DNA of 64,000 nucleotides, taken from positions 64,001-128,000 of the forward strand of contig CAXMWX010000009.1 of assembly GCA_963422205.2 (NCBI GenBank), in the 5' to 3' direction. Positions 20,470 through 29,731 of the stretch are shown in pieces (position 1 is the first letter of the stretch; the number at the start of each line of letters is the position of its first letter). The position numbers and the translations under genes are program-made. This DNA comes from Gammaproteobacteria bacterium (GTDB lineage Bacteria; Pseudomonadota; Gammaproteobacteria; Eutrophobiales; Eutrophobiaceae). The notes beneath the pieces were generated by a model. That model saw only the letters and a program-made list of their open reading frames with translations, was not told the DNA's origin and made no database searches.

Positions 20470-21231
20470 ATGCCGGATTCTGCACCGCCCCAGCCAGAGG
20501 ACCCTGAACTGCCCCTGATCGCCCATCTGGCCGAGTTGCGTGGCCGCCTGTTGCGCTCGCTGGCCGGTGTTTTTGCTGTGTTTTTGGTGTTAAGTTTTTT
20601 TGCCAGCGAGATCTACACCCTGATCTCAGGGCCGCTGTTAGCCCACCTGCCGGAGAACAGCGGCATGATCGCCACCGAAGTTGCCTCGCCGTTTTTAGTG
20701 CCGTTCAAACTCACGCTGTTTGTCGCTGTGCTGATCACCGCACCCTACATTCTCTACCAGGCCTGGGCCTTCATCGCCCCCGGCCTGTACCTGAACGAAC
20801 AGCGCCTTGCCCGGCCCCTGCTGTGCAGCAGCATCATGCTGTTCTATCTGGGCAATGCGTTTGCTTTCTTTGTTGTATTCCCGGTGATATTTGAATTTTT
20901 TACTGCCTTCGCCCCCGAGGGGGTTACTGTCATGACCGACATCAGCCACTACTTAAATTTTGTGTTAAAAATGTCACTGGCCTTTGGCATGGCCTTTGAA
21001 GTCCCTATCGCAACCCTGATCCTGATATGGACGGGCCTTGCTGATGAGGAGGGTCTGCGAACCAAGCGGCCCTATGTCATTGTCGCCGCCTTTGCTGCTG
21101 GCATGTTGCTCACCCCGCCTGATGTGATCTCGCAGATCATGCTGGCGGTACCGGTGTGGTTATTGTTTGAATCCGGCCTGTACCTCAGCCGTTTTTTCTC
21201 TGCTGGCATGGAACACAAGGGTACGGCCTGA
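20470..21231 (+). CDS. tatC: twin-arginine translocase TatC
   Basis: PLIAHLAELRGRL, WAFIAPGLY..E, FG.AFEVP, LTPPDVISQ. Confidence 0.97.
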   Translation: MPDSAPPQPEDPELPLIAHLAELRGRLLRSLAGVFAVFLVLSFFASEIYTLISGPLLAHLPENSGMIATEVASPFLVPFKLTLFVAVLITAPYILYQAWAFIAPGLYLNEQRLARPLLCSSIMLFYLGNAFAFFVVFPVIFEFFTAFAPEGVTVMTDISHYLNFVLKMSLAFGMAFEVPIATLILIWTGLADEEGLRTKRPYVIVAAFAAGMLLTPPDVISQIMLAVPVWLLFESGLYLSRFFSAGMEHKGTA

Positions 21232-21241
21232 CAGAAACACG

Positions 21242-22186
21242 CTATCGGTACTTCTCCGGCCAGCGGCGGTGCAGCCAGAGCCATTGCGCCGGATTGGCGC
21301 GGATGGTCTGCTCAAGAAAGGCATTGATCCATTCGGTACAGCGCTGAATATCCTGCGCCCTGTCCCCGGTGTTTGCCGGCACAAAAGGGGTATGGAACTC
21401 CACCACAAAACGCATCGGGGCGCGCCGACAAACAGACACCGGTATCACGGGAACCGCATATTTCAGCGCAAGGTGTGCCGGCCCCGGAGAGGTCATCGCC
21501 TGCTGTCCGAAAAATCGCACGGCCAGACCCTCGTTGAACTTTTGATCGTTCAGCAAGGCAACCGGCCGGCCAGCGGCCAGGGCGTACATCAGGGCACGGG
21601 GGGCAGCACGCCCCTTGGCCACCCGGTGATGCACACCGTAGCTGTGACGAAAGCGAACAAGGCGCTGCTCAATATGCGGATTGTTGGCGGCACGATAGAC
21701 CGTCAGGCAGTCGGTAAGCCGCTGACAGATCACCAGCGGCATGACCTCCCAGTTGGCAAAATGGCCGGAGACGAAGACCGCCCCTCTGCCCGAGGACTTA
21801 ACCGCCTCCAGGTGTTCCGCCCCCAGCAGCACGATGCGCTCATCACCATGGGCAAAAAGCGATGGCAGATGCGGCAGCTCCCCGGCAGTACGGCCAATAT
21901 TCTCCCACACAGCACGCGCCAGGGCCCGCCGTTCGCTGGCGCTTTTTTTTGGGAAGGCGAGCTGCAAGTTGCGCTGCACCACCCGATGGCGAGGCAGCAA
22001 GGGGCCGACAACAGCCGCCAGCCAGCCCAGCCAGCGTGAGGCATGCGCCGGACTCAGCGCCTTTGCCGGCCACCAGTACAGCCCGATGAGCGCCAGCGCT
22101 TGCAGCCGCCAGAGACAGCGCCGCAGCAAGCCCGAACGCGGGGCAACACCCGCTGGGCGCGCCGGGCTATCTGTGGTCGTCGGCAT
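21242..22186 (-). CDS. lipid A biosynthesis (HtrB/LpxL-type) acyltransferase family protein
   Basis: RNLQLAFP, SGHFANWEV catalytic H-x4-E, LLNDQK, FFG, PAQWLWLHRRWP. Confidence 0.9.
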   Translation of the reverse strand: MPTTTDSPARPAGVAPRSGLLRRCLWRLQALALIGLYWWPAKALSPAHASRWLGWLAAVVGPLLPRHRVVQRNLQLAFPKKSASERRALARAVWENIGRTAGELPHLPSLFAHGDERIVLLGAEHLEAVKSSGRGAVFVSGHFANWEVMPLVICQRLTDCLTVYRAANNPHIEQRLVRFRHSYGVHHRVAKGRAAPRALMYALAAGRPVALLNDQKFNEGLAVRFFGQQAMTSPGPAHLALKYAVPVIPVSVCRRAPMRFVVEFHTPFVPANTGDRAQDIQRCTEWINAFLEQTIRANPAQWLWLHRRWPEKYR

Positions 22187-22222
22187 CAAACGATCGATGG
22201 CGTCAAGGCTGTTGCCCGCCGC

Positions 22223-22615
22223 TCAACACTGCTCCCAGGGCAGGCCATGAAAGCGCCAGCCATTGAGGGTGCTGCGCTGATTGTTCGCATCCTTATCGCC
22301 CTCGAATCCCTCTTTGATGTTGATCACCCGGCCATAGCCCGCCGCCGTCAGCAATTCGGCCGCCAGCATGGAGCGGGCGCCGCTTCTGCACAGGGCGAGT
22401 ATGGTCGTGTTTTTATCCGGGATCTGCTCTGCCACCCGCTCGACAAAATCCGCCGCCACCTGCCAGCCCGGCGGCTCCTGCAAGGCCACGTGTACGGCCT
22501 GCAACGGGTGTCCGACATAACTGAACTCCATCTGTGAGCGCACATCCAGCAGCACGGCATCGCCCTGTTGTTGCAGCCGGGCGGCCTGTGGCGGGGTCAT
22601 TTCTTCTATCATCAT
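22223..22615 (-). CDS. single-domain rhodanese-like protein
   Basis: LLDVRSQMEFSYVGHP, LCRSGARS active-site loop, INIKEGFEGD, GWRFHGLPW. Confidence 0.92.
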   Translation of the reverse strand: MMIEEMTPPQAARLQQQGDAVLLDVRSQMEFSYVGHPLQAVHVALQEPPGWQVAADFVERVAEQIPDKNTTILALCRSGARSMLAAELLTAAGYGRVINIKEGFEGDKDANNQRSTLNGWRFHGLPWEQC

Positions 22616-22759
22616 CTGTTCCTTAATTTAACATGGCTCATGGCGACTGGATGCGCCAGCACAAAACGCATGATAGATTTTTTGTTTGTCATTGAGTAGC
22701 TAAATATGATGCAATAATGCCTCGCTACTGAATACAACCTATCCAACGGAGACCTCAAG

Positions 22760-23686
22760 ATGACAATGGCGGACCGCGACGGCGTGATCTGGTTCGATGG
22801 CGAAATGGTGCCCTGGCGGGAGGCCCGGGTGCATGTCCTCACGCACACACTGCATTATGGCATGGGCGTATTTGAGGGCATTCGCGCCTATCAGACCGAC
22901 AAGGGTACGGCGCTCTTTCGCCTGCAGGATCACACGCAGCGGCTGTATCGCTCCGCCCATATCATGCAGATGGCAATCCCCATTGATGCCGAGACGCTCA
23001 ATCAGGCGTGCTGTGCTGTGGTGGCGAAGAACAAACTGAACAGCGCCTATGTCCGTCCCGTGTGTTTTTATGGTGCCGAGGGCATGGGCATTCGCGCCGA
23101 TTCGCTCAAGGTGCATCTGGCGGTTGCCGCCTGGGAATGGGGCACCTACCTGGGCGAGGAGGGGTTGCAAAAAGGGATCCGCGTCAGGACATCCTCGTTC
23201 ACCCGCCATCACGTCAACATCACCATGTGCAAGGCCAAGGCCAACGGTCATTACATCAACTCCATGCTGGCCCTGCAGGAGGCCGTGCAATGTGGCTACG
23301 ATGAGGCGCTGCTGCTGGACAACGAAGGCTATGTGGCTGAGGGCAGCGGGGAGAATATTTTTATCGTCCGCAACGGCATCATCTACACGCCGGATCTGAC
23401 CTCCGCCCTGGAAGGGATCACCCGCGACTGTATTTTTATCTTCTGCCATGAGTTGGGCATACAAATCAGGGAAAAACGCCTGACCCGCGATGAGGTGTAT
23501 GTGGCTGATGAGGTCTTCTTTACTGGCACGGCGGCCGAAGTTACCCCGGTGCGCGAGCTTGATAACCGCATCATCGGCCAGGGCCGCCGAGGCCCGATAA
23601 CCACCCAACTGCAAGAGCGGTTTTTCGCCGCCACCGCTGGCAAGGATCAGGCCAAACGCCATTGGCTGACCCTGGCAGGTGCTTAA
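22760..23686 (+). CDS. ilvE: branched-chain amino acid aminotransferase
   Basis: HTLHYGMGVFEGIRAY, KAKANGHY (PLP lysine), EGSGENIF, LEGITR, TGTAAEVTP. Confidence 0.97.
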   Translation: MTMADRDGVIWFDGEMVPWREARVHVLTHTLHYGMGVFEGIRAYQTDKGTALFRLQDHTQRLYRSAHIMQMAIPIDAETLNQACCAVVAKNKLNSAYVRPVCFYGAEGMGIRADSLKVHLAVAAWEWGTYLGEEGLQKGIRVRTSSFTRHHVNITMCKAKANGHYINSMLALQEAVQCGYDEALLLDNEGYVAEGSGENIFIVRNGIIYTPDLTSALEGITRDCIFIFCHELGIQIREKRLTRDEVYVADEVFFTGTAAEVTPVRELDNRIIGQGRRGPITTQLQERFFAATAGKDQAKRHWLTLAGA

Positions 23687-23690
23687 CGTC

Positions 23691-23897
23691 ATGACCGGGA
23701 CCACCGAACAAAACGCCACGCCCAATGACCGACAGCATTATGACGTTGGCCCGGAACAACTGCCCCTGCATTGCCCGCTGCCAGAGATGAGCCTGTGGAA
23801 CTCGCACCCCAGGGTCTACCTGCCCATTGAACAGACCGGCGAGGCCAAATGCCCTTACTGTGGTGCTGAGTTCAGCCTGAAGGCAGCCGGCACTTAA
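23691..23897 (+). CDS. zf-CHCC zinc-finger domain protein
   Basis: LPLHCP...WNSHPRVYLP...AKCPYCG. Confidence 0.9.
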   Translation: MTGTTEQNATPNDRQHYDVGPEQLPLHCPLPEMSLWNSHPRVYLPIEQTGEAKCPYCGAEFSLKAAGT

Positions 23898-23906
23898 AGG
23901 CCGGCA

Positions 23907-24851
23907 TTGCAGCACGACACCCCTCCTGTTCTCTGGCGTATTTCCGATGGCCGGGCCGGGCATGACAACCAGAGCCTTGGCCTGCTTGATGCCCTGCAAG
24001 AACGACACCCCCTTAACAGCCTCAGCGTGCCAGCAGTCAGCCGGGCCGGGCTGGTCAAGGGCCTGATAGTGCGCGCCTGGCCTGATGATCCGCCTGATGA
24101 TGATGCAGCCAGGCCACATGTCATCATCGCCGCCGGTCATGCCACGCATGGCTCGGTGTTGCTGGCCGGTCATCTGTACGGCGCAAAGACGGTGGTGTTG
24201 ATGCGGCCTGGTGTGCCGACGGGCTGGTTTGATTATTGCCTGATCCCGCAACACGATGAGGTGCTTCCCTCCGCCCGTATCCTGCTCACCTGTGGGGCGG
24301 TGAACCGTATCAGGCCAGCAAGAAATCAGGATCGATCGCAGGGCTTGATTCTGCTTGGCGGGGCCTCCAAACACTACCACGACGGTGATGCTGTGCTGTT
24401 CACCGCCATAGATACCGTTGCCGAGAGGTGTGCGGACATACACTGGCGCATCAGCGACTCACCGCGCAGCTCGCCCCACTTGCGCCAGCACCTGCAAGCG
24501 TTAAGGCAGGAGAATCTTCACTTTACCTGTTGGCAGGACTGCCCGCCCGGCTGGTTGGCCCGGCAACTGGACCGGGCGTACTCTGTCTGGGTGGGCGAGG
24601 ACAGCATCTCCATGATATATGACGCCTTGAGCGCAGGCGCACGGGTGGGATTGTTGCCCATGCCGCGCAAACGCTACAGCCGCCTGCACCGGGCGGTGGA
24701 TGAGCTGGCGGCAGAAGGCCGGGTCTGTCGCTATCAGGACTGGCAGGCGGACGGAAAACTCCCACCGCCAGGCCCGCCCGTGCAGGAGGCAAGCCGCTGT
24801 GCTGCTGAGCTGATCGGGCGCGGCCTGTTTGATCGCAGCAGCGCCCCATGA
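23907..24851 (+). CDS. ELM1 (mitochondrial fission)/GT-like family protein
   Basis: ISDGRAGHDNQSLGL, IIAAG, IPQHD, LLGG.S, SPRS, VWVGEDSISMIYDA; TTG start uncertain. Confidence 0.88.
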   Translation: MQHDTPPVLWRISDGRAGHDNQSLGLLDALQERHPLNSLSVPAVSRAGLVKGLIVRAWPDDPPDDDAARPHVIIAAGHATHGSVLLAGHLYGAKTVVLMRPGVPTGWFDYCLIPQHDEVLPSARILLTCGAVNRIRPARNQDRSQGLILLGGASKHYHDGDAVLFTAIDTVAERCADIHWRISDSPRSSPHLRQHLQALRQENLHFTCWQDCPPGWLARQLDRAYSVWVGEDSISMIYDALSAGARVGLLPMPRKRYSRLHRAVDELAAEGRVCRYQDWQADGKLPPPGPPVQEASRCAAELIGRGLFDRSSAP

Positions 24852-25975
24852 GGCTGACGGTACTGCAAACCCTGCCGGCCCTGGAGGTGGGTGGCGTGGA
24901 GCGCGGCACGCTGGAGATAGCCAGGGGGCTGGTTGAACGAGGCCACCGCTCTATCGTGATCAGCGCAGGCGGGCGGTTGAGGCAGCGCTTGTGCGATGAG
25001 GGCAGCGAGCATTACAACTGGCCTATAGGCAGAAAATCCTTAGCCACTCTGGCCCTGGTGATCCGGCTGGCGCACTTTGTGCGGGAAAATGGGATAGACG
25101 TGCTGCACAGCCGCTCGCGCCTGCCGGCCTGGATAAGCTGGCTGGCCTTGAAAAAACTTAAAGTCGCCACGGCGCCCGCCTTCATCACCACCGTACACGG
25201 CGTCTACAGCGTCAACCGCTACAGTCAAATCATGACAGCTGGCGATAAGGTGATCGCCATTTCAAACTACATTCGCGATTATATTGCACAAAACTACAAA
25301 CACACGGACATGGGCAAGGTGCGGCTTATTCACCGCGGGGTTGACCGGGCAGCTTATCCCTTTGGCTATCAGCCGGAGAGTGGCTGGCTGACCAACTGGC
25401 GGCAGGCATACCCGCATCTGCAAGATAAACAACTGATCACCCTGCCTGGCCGAATCACCCGCCGCAAGGGGCATGAGGATTTTATCGGCATCATCGGGCG
25501 GCTTGTTGAGCAAGGCCGGCCGGTGCATGGGCTGATTGCTGGCGGGGCTCATCCGAAAAAACGGCCTTTCATGCGCGCCCTGCAAGATGCTGTGCAGCAA
25601 AGGGGCCTGCAACGGCATATCAGCTTCATCGGCCATCGCGATGACATGCGTGAGGTCATGGCCGTCTCAGACATTGTGTTATCGCTGGCAAGAACACCTG
25701 AAGCCTTTGGCCGTACCAGCCTGGAAGCCTTGTCTTTGGGGGTGCCGGTGATCGCCTACGATCATGGGGGCGCTGCTGAGGTGTTATCGGCGCTACAGCC
25801 TGCCGGCCTGGTGCCAGCACATGATGCTGGCGGGGCGGCGCAGGCCATCGTCGCCTTTTTGCGGCGACCGCCAGCGATCCGGCCAGAACATGTTTTTACG
25901 CTGGAGAACATGGTAGGGCAGACCATCGCCGCCTATGAGCAACTGCATGGCACACGCCGGCCAGCGAGACCTTGA
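24848..25975 (+). CDS. glycosyltransferase family 4
   Basis: LPALEVGGVERGT, LHSRSRLPAW, TTVHG, PGRITRRKG, EAFGRTSLEA (EX7E). Confidence 0.93.
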   Translation: MRLTVLQTLPALEVGGVERGTLEIARGLVERGHRSIVISAGGRLRQRLCDEGSEHYNWPIGRKSLATLALVIRLAHFVRENGIDVLHSRSRLPAWISWLALKKLKVATAPAFITTVHGVYSVNRYSQIMTAGDKVIAISNYIRDYIAQNYKHTDMGKVRLIHRGVDRAAYPFGYQPESGWLTNWRQAYPHLQDKQLITLPGRITRRKGHEDFIGIIGRLVEQGRPVHGLIAGGAHPKKRPFMRALQDAVQQRGLQRHISFIGHRDDMREVMAVSDIVLSLARTPEAFGRTSLEALSLGVPVIAYDHGGAAEVLSALQPAGLVPAHDAGGAAQAIVAFLRRPPAIRPEHVFTLENMVGQTIAAYEQLHGTRRPARP

Positions 25976-26546
25976 ACCGGCGGTCTGGGATTGCCCCCCG
26001 TCTTCATTGGCGATAGCATGGCGGCCCGAATAATCAGGCGGGTTGTGATGAGCAAAAACCGGCAGGGCGCCTCGCCGGGGATGGAGTTAAGCCGTCAAGC
26101 AAAGCATCCAAGGCGGCGAGGAGAAGGCTGCGTGCCGACAAACCTCATCACCATGCTGGAGCATTGGGTATCGAGGGCGCAAGGCAACGCCTTATTCTCA
26201 GTGGAGAAATTCAAAGTGAGCTTCAGCGCATAGTGAAGATGGAACTCTAAAGGGCAGACGGTGGGGGGCGATGATCGTGCGGTTCTCGGCGGAGTTCCGT
26301 CACAAAGACGTGGAAGCGGCTCAATGGCGTCTGGATCAAGCTGCCAAAACGTAAACATCATCAAAAAACACACTTCGCCATTGCAACTGATGCCGAAGAG
26401 GATATCCCCGTCCATTGGCTTTTTGTGCGAGAAGAGATATAAATAGCCGGGCCTTGCAGACTTCTGACATCATCGGCCTCTTTGTCAACCGGCCAGCCGA
26501 ACGCACCCTCTGGCAAACCCGTACCCCGCCCTGCTAACATGGCCGC

Positions 26547-28772
26547 ATGTTGATAATGCCGGGCAGGTTCAAGGAATACGGGGTGCTGCTGCGGCAGCAT
26601 TATGCTGTGCTGTTGATCGCCTCGGTGCCGTTGCTGTTTTGTACCAGCGCCCTGTTCAACCTGCCGTTTTTCATCATGGCGCTGCTCGGTCTTTACCGTG
26701 TGCTGAAAATGCCGCAACGCCTGCGGGATGATCCGGCCCTGCTGGCGTTGTCAATCTGCTTTTTGTCTCTGTGGCTGCCGCAGTTGTTGTCCTTGCCCGA
26801 TGCCGTCATGCCATCCAGGGCAATCAAGACCACGGCGGCTTATGTCCACTTCTTCTTTGCCGGGGTGTTTATTATCTTGTCGATACGGCAAAAACATGTT
26901 CTGGAAAAAATCAACCTGGCTGTCTTTGTGATTCTCAGCGTCTGGATCATTGATGCCCTGCTGCAATTTATTCTCGGCCATAACCTGCTGGGCTATCCCT
27001 ACGAATACAAGGGGCAACTGACCGGCATGTTCCACCCGAAGATACGACTGGGACATGCCGTGGCGGTATTTTTGCCTTTCTACCTTGAGTTTCTGTACCA
27101 GCACGGGCGGCGTCACCGGGGATCATGGCTGCTGCTGGTGCTGTTTTTCCTGGTGCTGCTGCTCAGCGGCAAGCGCATGGCCTGGATCACGGCAGCAATC
27201 GGCGGCCTGGCCTATGCGATTTATTTCTTTGCTTATCACCGCGATATCAAACCGCGATGGCTGCTTCTGCCATTTGCCACCACGGTGCTGTACCTGCTGG
27301 CCTTCACCTGGCAATACCCGCCTGCGAAAGAGCGCGTTGACAAGGCGCTGCTGCTGTTCAGCGGCGATTATGAGCTGATCAATCAGGCCACATCAAGACG
27401 CCTGCCGGCATGGCGAACCGGCCTGAATGTCTTTAAACATAACCCAATCAATGGCATCGGCCCCAGGGGCTTTCGTTACGTCTACCAGGACTATGCGGCG
27501 GACGAGCATGACAGCACCACCCACCCGCACCAGTTTCTGCTGGAGGTCGCCGCCGAGACCGGGATCATCGGCCTGCTGGGCTTTACTGTTTTCTGCTGTT
27601 ACCTGCTCTTCATCGGCAGAAGGCAGCTTGCCTTCCAACACCGCTTCATGCCCTGGCTGCTGTGTGCCGGCGTTGCCTGGCTGCCGATCAATGCACATTA
27701 TGCCTTCTATGGCTCTTACTGGTCTTCGGTTGGCTGGTGGATTCTCTGTATCGCCCTGGCACAACTCTTCGGGCATGATCGCCCTGAGAACCATAGCAAG
27801 CCGCAGAAGGTGCTCATCATCAAGCTGGGCGCGCTGGGGGATGTGATCATGAGTACGCCGCTGATCGCACAGATACAGCAACACCATCAGCATGCGGCCG
27901 TTTTCCTGTTGACCAGCCCCGCCTTCGCACCGCTGTTTGTGCGCTGGTCGGACTTGACTGTACAGGCATTTCCCCGCAAGGGAGTTTTTGCCGCCCTTAA
28001 AACCCTGGCCTGGATTCGGCAACAGGGTTTCGCCCTGGCCTACGATCTGCAATCCAGCCACCGCAGCGGCATCTACTGCGCCCTCTCCGGCATCGCCCGG
28101 CGCTGTGGCAACCATCCGCATTTTCCCTATCATCTGCATCCGCCGGAGAAATGGCACGGTCAAGATCATATTTTTGATCGTATGCTGGAGGTGTTGCGTG
28201 CTGCCGGCATCAAGGCCAAAGCACAAAAACCCTTTCTGCCGCCAGGGCTGGATGATCGGGACAAGGTGGCAAACTGGCTTGAGTTAAACGGATTACAAGA
28301 CAGGAAGCTGGCCTTGCTGCATGCTGGCAGCAGCCCGCAACATCCGCAAAAACGCTGGCCTTATTTTGCCTTGCTGGCCGAGGTGCTGGAGGCGGCGGGG
28401 TATGCCGTCATCTGGCTGGGGGCGGATGCCGATGCCGAGTTGAACAGCCGCCTGGCAAGGCTCGCTGGCAAAGACGCCACCAACCGCTTTTCCCTTGCAG
28501 AGATCATCGCACTTGGGCAGGCAGCCTGCTTCGCCGTCACCAATGATTCCGCCCCCATGCACGTATTGTCCTGCTGCAACCTCCCGGTCTACGGCCTGTT
28601 CGGCCCGACGGACTGGCGCCGCTGCCATGGCATCGGGCAGGCCGCCAATGTCATCAGCCTGGACAAAGACAAGGCCCGTTTCGTGCCGACAGCGCTGGCC
28701 GATCTCACCGTGACAGAAGTGGTTGAACAGCTGACCTCAGACGGCCTGCTGCAGGGCGAGCTATGGGGTTAA
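26547..28772 (+). CDS. O-antigen ligase (Wzy_C) fused to glycosyltransferase family 9
   Basis: Residues ~1-410 are multi-TM with LSGKR, R..AW..G...F...PI.GIGPRGF and HPHQFLLE..AETGIIG; from ~421 KVLIIKLGALGDV...YDLQ...KRWP...VTNDSAPMH...LFGPT; single uninterrupted frame of 741 aa. Confidence 0.88.
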   Translation: MLIMPGRFKEYGVLLRQHYAVLLIASVPLLFCTSALFNLPFFIMALLGLYRVLKMPQRLRDDPALLALSICFLSLWLPQLLSLPDAVMPSRAIKTTAAYVHFFFAGVFIILSIRQKHVLEKINLAVFVILSVWIIDALLQFILGHNLLGYPYEYKGQLTGMFHPKIRLGHAVAVFLPFYLEFLYQHGRRHRGSWLLLVLFFLVLLLSGKRMAWITAAIGGLAYAIYFFAYHRDIKPRWLLLPFATTVLYLLAFTWQYPPAKERVDKALLLFSGDYELINQATSRRLPAWRTGLNVFKHNPINGIGPRGFRYVYQDYAADEHDSTTHPHQFLLEVAAETGIIGLLGFTVFCCYLLFIGRRQLAFQHRFMPWLLCAGVAWLPINAHYAFYGSYWSSVGWWILCIALAQLFGHDRPENHSKPQKVLIIKLGALGDVIMSTPLIAQIQQHHQHAAVFLLTSPAFAPLFVRWSDLTVQAFPRKGVFAALKTLAWIRQQGFALAYDLQSSHRSGIYCALSGIARRCGNHPHFPYHLHPPEKWHGQDHIFDRMLEVLRAAGIKAKAQKPFLPPGLDDRDKVANWLELNGLQDRKLALLHAGSSPQHPQKRWPYFALLAEVLEAAGYAVIWLGADADAELNSRLARLAGKDATNRFSLAEIIALGQAACFAVTNDSAPMHVLSCCNLPVYGLFGPTDWRRCHGIGQAANVISLDKDKARFVPTALADLTVTEVVEQLTSDGLLQGELWG

Positions 28773-28794
28773 GCGGTGGGCGCATCAACGTAAC

Positions 28795-29727
28795 CTAACC
28801 CCACAAGCCTAGCGCCGCCAGATGTGCCCGCACTTTTTGCTCAATAAGCCCTGCCTCAATCCGGCCGATGTCCGCTTGCGGGTCGACATACCAGGCGGCC
28901 TTATCGCCCCAGGGGTGATACCTTTGTGGCTGGCCTGGCCCGAACAGGGTGAAGGTCGGCGTGCCGACTGCTGAAGCCAGATGCCCCAGGCCAGAGTCGT
29001 TGCCGATAAACAGCCCGCACCGTTCCAGCACGGCGGCTGCCTCCAGCAGGGTTGTCCTGCCACATAAATTAATGCAGGGCAGGCTGACTGTGGCCCTGAT
29101 CGAATCGCCTAGGCCCTTATCCTGCCGGCTGCCCAGCAGCACCAGCCCGCTACAGGCATCGGCCAGCCTCGTGCCAAGCTCAGCATAACGCCGCCAGGGC
29201 CAGATTTTTCTCTCCCAGTTCGCCCCCGGGCCTATCGCCAGCAACGCCCTTCCTGTGAGCGGCGATAGCTGCTGGCGGGCGAATTGCTGCTGCTGTTCTG
29301 CCAGCCAGATCTGTGTGCCGGGGATCGCCCGGTCTCCGGTCAGCTCGCAGATGACGCTGACATGCTGCTCTACCGCATGGGTTGCCGTCTTGCCCTGCCG
29401 ATGCGTGTATTTTAATCGCCCCCGTAACGCTGACGGCAAGATGCCGGTACGCAGATCAACGATCAGATCATAGCGATTACGGCGCAGCCGCCAGATCAGA
29501 TCGATGCTGCCACGAAGCAATCTGTGCTTGTGCTTTAGGTACACATGCCTTCTGTAAGGGCAATTTTTAAACAGCGCGACAGAGCGCTGATCGCCGACAA
29601 TGTCGATGGCAGCGGCGGGGAAAAGCTGATGCAACAGCACCAGTGCGGGCGTGGTCAATACCGCATCGCCGATATTGCTCAAGGTGATGAAGAGCAGGGT
29701 ATTGATGTTGCCCTCTTGCCGTGGCAT
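28795..29727 (-). CDS. glycosyltransferase family 9 (heptosyltransferase-like)
   Basis: LFITLSNIGDAVLTTP, YDLIVDLR, PGANWERKIWP, FIGNDSGLGHLA, LFGP; ATG 4 bp after the mnmE stop. Confidence 0.92.
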   Translation of the reverse strand: MPRQEGNINTLLFITLSNIGDAVLTTPALVLLHQLFPAAAIDIVGDQRSVALFKNCPYRRHVYLKHKHRLLRGSIDLIWRLRRNRYDLIVDLRTGILPSALRGRLKYTHRQGKTATHAVEQHVSVICELTGDRAIPGTQIWLAEQQQQFARQQLSPLTGRALLAIGPGANWERKIWPWRRYAELGTRLADACSGLVLLGSRQDKGLGDSIRATVSLPCINLCGRTTLLEAAAVLERCGLFIGNDSGLGHLASAVGTPTFTLFGPGQPQRYHPWGDKAAWYVDPQADIGRIEAGLIEQKVRAHLAALGLWG

Positions 29728-29731
29728 CGCA

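Noticed and set aside
21167-22039. 290-aa + strand ORF
   Set aside because: Antisense shadow of the acyltransferase; no motifs; expected in GC-rich DNA.
22739-24443. Long minus-strand ORFs (328 and 290 aa)
   Set aside because: Antisense shadows of ilvE and the ELM1-family gene.
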